Shown here in pieces: positions 17,999 through 27,100 of a DNA stretch of 64,000 bases (position 1 is its first letter; each line of letters opens with the position of its first letter). The stretch covers positions 46,296 to 110,295 of the forward strand of contig JBCBZJ010000009.1 in the NCBI GenBank assembly GCA_039815375.1. Reading direction: 5' to 3'. Made by a program: the position numbers and the translations under genes. Below the pieces are notes generated by a model that saw only the letters and a list, made by a program, of their open reading frames with translations, had not been told where the DNA came from and did not search any database. Origin of the DNA: Verrucomicrobiota bacterium (GTDB taxonomy: Bacteria > Verrucomicrobiota > Verrucomicrobiia > Opitutales > Coraliomargaritaceae).

Positions 17999-20932
17999 TT
18001 GGTCGTGCCATCTGTCGGAACACACTTCAACTACTTCATCTCGGCTTCATCCCGGGCGGCTTTGCTGGATAAGTTGCGTGAGCTGCAGAAGCAGGTGGAG
18101 TCGCCGGGTGCATCCGAGACCTGGATAAAGGGTAATGAGATCGGGCTTACGCGTGAAGCGGGTTCCTTCCGTGCGGCGATTATTTACACCGGGACTTCTG
18201 ATTTCACGGAGGCTCTGGTGTCGGGCATCGAGAGGATGCAGAAGTCTGAGCGTTCCCATCTCCAGACTCGTCAGGGTTTTTATTTTCATAAGGTCGATGA
18301 AGTTGCGGTTGGTGGACAACTCGCCTTCGTCTACCCCGGGTTTGGCTCCGAGTACGCCGGTATGGGAGCAAGTTATAACGGATTGGAACCAATCGTCGAA
18401 GAATGGTTTCAGCATATTGATGACGAGCTAAAAGGATGGTTTTACCAATCCGGCTCCGGGGGCGCAGCAGAGAGTGGAAAGCGTCTGGGAGAGTATGGTC
18501 AGAGTGGCCACCTGCTGGCGATGGGATTGATGGATATCCTGCAACATCACGGGCTGGAACCCGATGTGATCGCAGGGCACAGTAATGGCGAAAACTCTGC
18601 GCTGTATGCGGCCGGGTTTGTTACATGCGAAAGCCGTGAGCAGGAGTTGCAGGTCATGGCCGAAGTCAATACTACGGCAAATTCGAATGCAGAAACGGTT
18701 GGCGAGTTTATCATCGTGGGCCAGATCGGGAGAGGTGCGCTGGATGCGGTTTTGAGCGAATTCGACGGCGAAGTGGTGGTGGCAATGGAAAACTGCGCCA
18801 ACCAGTTTGTATTGTTTGCCACATCGCTGGTCTCAATGGATGCACTGATCGCCAGAATACTTGAAAGTCGGGGCATCGCCTTTCCCTTTTCGCGGAATCA
18901 GGGTTTCCACACTCGCTTTTTCAAGAATCAGGAAAGCCGTATTGATGCAACTTTCGAGCGCCTGGCAATCGGAGTCGGACATAAGCCGCTCTATAGTTGC
19001 ATAACGGGAGAGCTGTTCCCGTTGGAGTCCGTTGCGATTGTTGCGACGGCGAAACGCCAGTGGTTCGAAGAGGTGCGCTTCCGCAGTATGATTGAACAGA
19101 TGTATGAGGACGGCGTGCGTCAGTTTATAGAAGTAGGTCCGAATAACCGTCTATGCGGATTCATTGGCGATATTCTGCGTGGCCGGGGGTGCTTGATTGT
19201 GGCATCAAGTGTCACCACACGCGGGGGATGTGAACAGATCGCACACTTGCTCGGGCAGTGTTTTGTTTTCGGCCTGAATGTTCAGGGTCTCGGTGCGGAA
19301 GAGAACTCTGTGAAAAAGCACGAGCCCATCCCGGTTGCCCAAACTGAAGCGCCTTTGCCGAGAGCAAAGGCGGTAGTTAGCTCTGTGCCTCAAGTTGCGC
19401 CGACGACCTCGCCGCTTCGCGCTGCGATCATGATGCGGCACGAGGCGCTGATGCGTGCCTATTTGCATACCGAAGAACAGGTCAGTAGCTCGATCTTCAG
19501 CCATTTGAGCAGAGAGCCCCGGATTCCAGAAGTGATTGATCCGCAGAGTTCCGGTCCCTCCTCTGAGGGTGGGTCGATGGCTATGCCCTGTATCGGTCAT
19601 CAGTATGAGCTGCACTCAGGGCACTTACTTGGGCAGCGGAGCCTCTGTCGTGATACGGATGCTTACATATTCGACCATACTTTTGGTAAATCGACAGCTA
19701 CGGGAGAACACGGGCCTCTTCCGGTTCTACCCTTTGCAATTAGCGTGGAAACTGCAGTTGAGGCTGCGAGCTTGATTCATGGAGAACGTTTGAGCCGTTT
19801 CGAACTTGTGAATGTGCGGGGCATGGAGTGGGTGATACTACGCGAGCAGCAGCAGCCGCTGGTTATCGAAGCAAGTCAAGTGCAGTCGAATACGGTAAAT
19901 GTGCAGTTGAAGCATGTGAAAGCATCAGGTGAAGAGCCGAGCCTCTTCTGGTCGGGTGATGTCATTGCGCTGGATGAATCGACGGATGCGATTCCTTGCC
20001 TGGAATTGAATCGCCGGGCTCTGCGTAAGCCTCATTCCAGCGCTCAGGACTACTATCGCGATGTCTTGTTCCATGGTCCCATGTTTCAGGGGATCGCCGA
20101 GGTCTCCGGTTTTAGTGATGACTCGATTGAGGCAATTTTGCAGATGCCTGATTTTTCACGAGCTGTGAACGGATATACGGCGACTCAATTTTTAACGTCG
20201 CCGCCGCTGGCAGATTGTGTCGGGCAGTTGGCAGCTTTCTGGGCGCTTGAATATTTGGATGACCCGGAGTTGGCAGCCTTTCCTTTTAAGATTGAGCGGG
20301 TGCGCTACTATAGGTCCATTCCCACGGCAGGTGAACGTATCCATTGTGTGGGTAAAGTCCGTGTCATCGGACAGTCGATTCTGGAGGCTGATTTCGACTA
20401 TTTTACAGAAGAGGGGCAGCTCTATGCGCAATATCGCGGGTTCTCTCAACGCTTCTATCGCAACCGTTTCATACCGCGTATGGTCTATCAGCAACCCTCT
20501 GCAGTTCATTTTTCCGATCTGGAAACACATTCGCAGGAGGGGGAGTCGACTCTGCGCAGCGTTAGTGATGATGCGATTCCCTTCCTAATGGGTAGCGATG
20601 GATTTTGGGCCAATGTTTTGGCTTATCTGGTCTTGTCGCCCAGCGAGCGCCAAGAGTGGCTTGATCTAACGCGTGATCAAGTAGAACGGGAGCCTGTGCA
20701 ATGGCTGGTGCGTCGGGCTCTGGTTAAAGACATCTATCGTTACTGGTTGAAAAGATGCCATGAGAGACCCTGTTCTTTGCTGGACTTATCGATTGAGGAA
20801 TGCGGCCTGGACCAGTTCAACGTTATGCAGGCGAATTCCGATTCTCAATCGCTTCGAGTTTCTTTGGTGAAGCATGCGAAACGATTGGAAGGGTGGTTTC
20901 AGGCTGAGGAAAGCGCCGTTTTTATCGATTGA
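17999..20932 (+). CDS. KS-less PKS subunit: AT-linker-DH-degenerate PPTase-like tail
   Basis: AT motifs AFVYPGFGSE, GHSNG, GFHT and FIEVGP; DH motifs DHTFG...LPVLP, LFHGPMFQG and DCVGQ; C-terminal LSPSERQEW...WLVRRALVKD resembles the N-half of a PPTase. Confidence 0.8.
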   Translation: MVVPSVGTHFNYFISASSRAALLDKLRELQKQVESPGASETWIKGNEIGLTREAGSFRAAIIYTGTSDFTEALVSGIERMQKSERSHLQTRQGFYFHKVDEVAVGGQLAFVYPGFGSEYAGMGASYNGLEPIVEEWFQHIDDELKGWFYQSGSGGAAESGKRLGEYGQSGHLLAMGLMDILQHHGLEPDVIAGHSNGENSALYAAGFVTCESREQELQVMAEVNTTANSNAETVGEFIIVGQIGRGALDAVLSEFDGEVVVAMENCANQFVLFATSLVSMDALIARILESRGIAFPFSRNQGFHTRFFKNQESRIDATFERLAIGVGHKPLYSCITGELFPLESVAIVATAKRQWFEEVRFRSMIEQMYEDGVRQFIEVGPNNRLCGFIGDILRGRGCLIVASSVTTRGGCEQIAHLLGQCFVFGLNVQGLGAEENSVKKHEPIPVAQTEAPLPRAKAVVSSVPQVAPTTSPLRAAIMMRHEALMRAYLHTEEQVSSSIFSHLSREPRIPEVIDPQSSGPSSEGGSMAMPCIGHQYELHSGHLLGQRSLCRDTDAYIFDHTFGKSTATGEHGPLPVLPFAISVETAVEAASLIHGERLSRFELVNVRGMEWVILREQQQPLVIEASQVQSNTVNVQLKHVKASGEEPSLFWSGDVIALDESTDAIPCLELNRRALRKPHSSAQDYYRDVLFHGPMFQGIAEVSGFSDDSIEAILQMPDFSRAVNGYTATQFLTSPPLADCVGQLAAFWALEYLDDPELAAFPFKIERVRYYRSIPTAGERIHCVGKVRVIGQSILEADFDYFTEEGQLYAQYRGFSQRFYRNRFIPRMVYQQPSAVHFSDLETHSQEGESTLRSVSDDAIPFLMGSDGFWANVLAYLVLSPSERQEWLDLTRDQVEREPVQWLVRRALVKDIYRYWLKRCHERPCSLLDLSIEECGLDQFNVMQANSDSQSLRVSLVKHAKRLEGWFQAEESAVFID

Positions 20933-21152
20933 AAAGGACGTTAGAGAAAATTCTATTTTAAATTCTTTCTTTGGCGTTAGTTTTCTGATTCAGAATGTCG
21001 GTCCTTGTATTAAACAGTCTATTATTTGATAGGTTTGAAATTTTCCACAATCCAACCTGATGCCATGAGTCCATTGCCTTTCAGGTTTACGTTTTCTTTG
21101 CAACTTCCTGATCAGGTAAGTGGATGCGAAAAGTAGATAAGGTCCCGACAAT

Positions 21153-24100
21153 ATGAAAAATTCGGTAACTGAACGGTTCGAATGCCTGGTTTTCACCCCA
21201 CTGCATCTGGATCATCCTGGATTAGCCATTGCTGCTGCTCAAGCAGGTGCCGTTCCGGTTTTTGATTTTGAATATGCTGCCTCGGAGTATGGATCGCAGA
21301 TTCAGGCTAATTTTCGACGATTCCTCGATGCGACTGATGCCGGGACGACTTGTTACGGAATTCGCAGTACACCGGAGCAATTGGCACGGTGTCTCGAGTG
21401 GATTGGAACAGAAGAGACGCCATTGTGTGACCGTATTATCCTCCATGGTTGGATGTCTGATAAGCTGGCAGCCACTTTGGACGAAATTGAGCCCACTGGG
21501 TGCAGGCTTTTTTTGGAAGTTACCAGTGCATCGGAGATTGAGCCGATCCGTGAGTATTTGCCGAAGATCGATGGTTTAGTAGGAAAGGGTAACGAATCGG
21601 GCGGCCGTGTTGGAACCGAGTCCTCTTATGTGTTGATTCAAAAGCTAATCGATGCGCAGGAGCTACCGGTTTATGTTCGTGGCGGTATTGGCGCGCATAG
21701 TGCCGCAGCCTGTCGTGTGCTCGGAGCTTCAGGTATTGTTTTGGATGACACGCTCTGGCTCTTTCCTGAATCACCGTTATGCCACTCTCTGGGCCCGGTT
21801 CTGCGGCGGGTGGATGTTAAAGACAGTATCATCGTCGGTGCAGAATTGGGAGCGGGTTGCCGTTTCTTGCAACGTCCGGACCTGCCTGCTGCTAGAGGTT
21901 TGGTCGATCATGCACGTCAACTCGAAGCGGCGCTTGAACGTCGCGGTGAGTCGGCAGTCCAAGCGGAGTGGCTTAGCTGTTTGAGCGATGAGTTGGGCTT
22001 TGAGGAGAAGCCGAACGGCGTAATGCCTGTATTGCCACTGGGGCCATTGGCCGTCTTCAGTGATGCCTACGCGAAGCGCTTCAAGAGCTTGGCGCGCTAC
22101 ATTCATCACATTCTCAGCTCGAGTACTGAAGCGGTGAAGCAGAGCCGCCTACAATCCACGCTTGCGCCGGACTCCCCGATGGCGGTGGATCATGGCACAA
22201 GGTATCCGATTGTACAGGGGCCGATGACACGTGTCAGCGATCGTGCCGAGTTTGCCGTTCGTCTGGCTGAGTCAGGCGGCCTGCCGATGCTGGCGCTCGC
22301 GCTTATGCGAGCCGAGCAGGTGAAAACACTTCTGGATGAGACTCGTGCTTCGATAGGCGATCAAGCTTGGGGTGTTGGTTTGCTTGGTTTCGCACCGAAG
22401 GATTTGCTGGATGCCCAGATCAAGGAAGTGCTCCGAGTAAAGCCGGGATTTGCCTTGCTGGCCGGTGGCCGCCCAACTCAGGCGGGGATACTCGAGGCTG
22501 AAGGAATCAAAACCTACATTCACGCGCCGGTTCCCAGTTTACTGACGAATTTTTTAGAGCAAGGTGCACGACGTTTTGTTTTGGAAGGACGTGAATGTGG
22601 AGGCCACGTTGGGCCTCTAAGTAGTTTCGTTCTTTGGGAAGAAGCGATCGAGGTTCTGCTACGGCACAGTCGCAGTAAACAGGCCGAGCCAGTCAGTGTG
22701 CTGTTTGCCGGTGGTATTCATGACCGGCGCTCGGCGGCAATGGTTGCTGCTATGGCGGCTCCCTTAGTCGATGCTGGTGCCCGGGTCGGTGTATTGATGG
22801 GGACTCCCTATATCTTTACACAGGAAGCGGTGGAGACCGGCGCGATTATGTCGGAGTTTCAGCAACAGGCTCGTATTTGTGAGCGCACTACGATTATCGA
22901 ATCAAGTCCCGGACATCAGATCCGTTGTTCGACCACTCCGTTTATGGATGAGTTTCGCCGGGCCCGCCGAAGTTATCTCGAGCAGGGGCTGTCTGGGGTG
23001 GAGATAAAGGATGCGCTGGAGCACCTGTCTCTGGGTCGTTTAAGAATCGCTTCAAAAGGTGTTACGCGAAGTAAGGATGGGGGACTGGAGGAGGTGTCTG
23101 CCGAGGACCAGGTTCGTGATGGCATGTATATGCTTGGCGATACGGCAACCATGCATGCGGATACCTGCTCACTTGAGGAGTTGCATCGCGAAGTTTCGAT
23201 CGGCTGTGTGGATTGGCTTCAAGAGTTGGACTTTTCCGAGCCGCCTCGCGAGCCGGTTGCTGCACGGCCCTGTCAGGTAGCGGTGGTCGGTATGGCCGCC
23301 TTCCTGCCGGGGGCTGAAGATGTGGATGCGTATTGGCGCAACCTTCTGGATCTGGAGGATTCGATGAAGGAGATTCCGCAAGAGTACTGGGACTGGCGCC
23401 TGTATTATCAGGATTTGCAGTCCGGTGAAGAACGTAATCTGGATCAAACTGTTTCCAAGTGGGGCGGCTTTATCAAGGAAGTGCCCTTCAATCCGATTCA
23501 ATATGGTATTCCGCCAAACTCACTTAAGCGGATCAGTCCGGCACAGTTGCTGGCATTGGAAAGTGTCTATCGCACGGTGCAGGATGCAGGCTATTCCTTT
23601 GATGAAATTGATCGGGAAAACACGTCGGTTATTTTCGGGACGGATGGCAGCAGTCCGTTAAAAGGACACTTCATTTTTCGCACCCTGATGCCTTTGTTTC
23701 ACTATCGTGATGATTCGATTATGGATCGTTTACCTGAATGGGGTGAGGAGGCTTTTCCGGGGATTCTGGCCAATGTCGGACCGGGGCGGGTTGCCAATCG
23801 CTTTGATCTGGGCGGAACGAATTTTGTAGTGGATGCGGCCTGCGCCTCTTCCCTCAAGGCGATTGATTTAGCGGTGCAGGAACTTGAATCGGGGCGGAGT
23901 AATTGCGTCATTGCCGGCGGGGTTGACATTGACCAGTCGCCGGAAGCTTACGTAGCATTCAGCAGTTCACACGCGCTTTCACCGACCGGACGGGTACGGA
24001 CTTTTGATCAATCGGCAGACGGTATTGTTATTAGTGAGGGTATTTCCGTTGTCATGCTGAAGCGTCTTGAAGACGCGGAGCGTGATGGAGACCGGATTTA

Positions 24101-27100
24101 TTCGGTCATTCAAGGTGTAGGCAGTTCCAGTGATGGCAAGGCGCTTGGCTTAACGGCCCCGAACACGAGCGGTCAGAAACGGGCCTTTGAGCGGGCCTAT
24201 CGCCTCTCAGGAGTAGACCCGAAAACACTCGGCTATTACGAGGCGCATGGCACGGGAACCGTCCTGGGTGACCGGACCGAACTTCAGTCTTTTCACAATT
24301 TGCTGAGTGATTCCGGTGCGGAGCCACAATCCTGTGCAATAGGTTCGCATAAAACCCTGATTGGTCATACAAAAACGGCGGCCGGGGTCACTGGTTTGAT
24401 TAAATCAAGCCTATCGCTCTATCACCGGGTCCTGCCTCCCCACAAAGGTGTCGAGGCACCGATTGATGGCGTGCAGAGCAAGGAAGACCCGGTTTGTATT
24501 ATGGATCGTGCCTCGCCATGGTGTGCTCAGGGTCAGAAACGGCGTTCGGCCGTGAGTGCGTTCGGTTTCGGTGGCACAAATACGCATATCGTGCTTGAGG
24601 AATACACTGCTTCGGGGCGTGATTTAGCCCCGGGTGCTGCAAAATGGCCCTGTGAGCTTTGCATATTCACGGCAAAGGACGAAATCTCTCTAGTTAATGA
24701 ACTGTCCGGGCACCTTAAGTTGCTGGAGTCGGCAGAAAGCAAAATCCGCTTATCTGATTATGCTTACAGCCTTGCCCATGAAGCGGAGACAAAAACTGAT
24801 TGTTCCCATGCTTTGACAGTGATTGCTCAAAACCTGGAGGAATTGAGGAAGGCGCTTGAATCCACACTCAAGATTTTGAGCGAGTCTCAATCGGAGCGCC
24901 GCTTCCCTTCGCATATTCGGTTTGCAGCCGCTCGACACGAGGCCGCAAAGATCGCCTTTGTCTTTCCCGGGCAAGGGGCCCAATACATCAATATGGCGCG
25001 TGAGTCGGCGCTCTATTTCGATGAGATCCGAAGTGTATTTGAGCGGGCGAACCAAGCGCTCGACGGCTGCTACGAAAAGCCTTTATCACGTTATGTCTTT
25101 CCTTCTGCGGCCTTCACGGAAGCAGATCGCGAGGAGCAGCGTTCCAGCCTTACGGATACCCATGTTGCGCAGGTTGCAATCGGCTCGGTCTCCCTCGGCT
25201 ACTATCACCTGTTGGAGCGTTTGGGAATCTCACCCGATGCGGTATGCGGACATAGTTATGGTGAATTTGTCGCGCTGCATGTTGCCGGTGCCTACAGCGA
25301 GGAGGCCTTTTTAAAGCTCTCTGAAGTGCGCGGTCGAGAGATGGCAAGCGCCTCTGCACTGGGAGGCGGTATGCTGGTCTGTTTCGCGGAGCGTCAGCAG
25401 ATAACGGAGTTGGCTCGGGAAATCGGCGAAGACCTCTGCATCTCGAATCATAACGCGCCGCGACAGGTCGTTCTTGCCGGAACGACCGATGCAGTGGAAC
25501 GGATGATTGCAGTCTGTGATCAGAAAGAGATTCGCTATCGCCGACTCAATGTTGCCGGACCGTTTCATTCGAGCTTAATGGAGCCCGCAAAAGCTCCGCT
25601 GGTTGAGGCGATTCGATCTGTAGAATGGTCTGAGCCCAAGATCCCGGTTTACTCGAATATGGATGGCGAATGCTATCCTGAAGATATTGATGGCCTGAAG
25701 GATTGCCTGGAGCGTCATCTTCTTCATTCGGTCGAGTTTGTCTCCCAGATCGAGCAGATGCATGCCGATGGAGTAGACCTTTTTATCGAGTGTGGTCCGA
25801 ACGGGTTGTTTTCCAAGATGATTGGGCAGATCCTGGAGGGCGAAGATCATCTTGCCCTTTCGCTAGATCGTGATGAGGGGGCGATAAGCCATCTGTTGGG
25901 TTGCCTGGCACAGTTGTTCAACCTTGGCGTTTGGCGGCTTCCCCTCCGATTGTTCAGCGGGCGGGATGTCACTTTCCTCGACTTTGCCGAGTTGCGGCAG
26001 CAGGCCGCTGAGGCGAGAAGCCAAGGTCCGGCTCCTCTTTGGTATGTCGATGGCTCCGGTTGTCGAGCTGCTAACGAGAAATTGAAACATCCAGGTAAAC
26101 TCTCACCACTCACTTACGAAGAATCATTGGAACTTATGGAGAAGCAACAACGGTTGGAAACAGGCCAGAGTCCTGGTCATCACAATGGCTCGCACAACGG
26201 AGAGCATGTCGTTATTCCGTCATCGCAGACCTCTAAGAATGGAACTTCGCATGCCTCAGGCACACCTTCGGCGTCTCCTGCTGCGGCGAAGCCGCAGACC
26301 CTTCACAGCATGCCCATGCCAACGAGCAATGTTGGAGGCCTTCAACCCAGCGAGGCACTTGCCGCTTACGAATCATACCAGCAAACCATGCAGCAGTTTC
26401 TGAAAATGGAAGAGTCGATTATGACGCGCTTCTTGCAGGGAGGCGTTGCACCTCCACATGATGTGGGCGATTTGAAGAACTCCATGGTCTCTGCACCTGC
26501 ACCGGAGTTCGTTGCCGCGCCATCCCATGCAGTATCAAATTCAAATGGTGTTGCCCCTTCAGACATGTTAGCGGAACCAACTTCGCGTGCACCGGAGTCA
26601 CCGCCGCAGGTTCCGGTAAACGCGGCTGAGGAAATGCCTCAAGCTGCTGAGTCGAGTGCAGCTTCGCCCGCTGCAACCGAGGTTGCCGAGAGCACAACAG
26701 TTGACACCCCGGATCGTGCACAAATGCAGGCCAGTCTGTTGGGTCTGGTTAGTCAACTCACAGGCTATCCTGAAGACCTTCTTGAGCTGGACAGCGATCT
26801 GGAGTCCGAGCTTGGGATCGACTCGATCAAAAGAATTGAGATTTTAACCAAGGTCATGGACCTACTGCCGTCGAGCATGAAGAAAGGGCTGAACGCCCAG
26901 TTTGAGCACCTTACTCAGATAAAGACACTGTCGGGTATTCTGGACGAGTTTGAAGCCTTTCTCGAATCTGCCGCTGCGGAGACAAGTGCGCCGGTCTCAT
27001 CGGAAAAATTAGTTAAACTTCCATCAGGGCCAATCAATGCAACGGATGCCTTGAGTGAGTCGACTTGTCCGCTTTCGGTGATGGTTAGTGAACGCACGGA

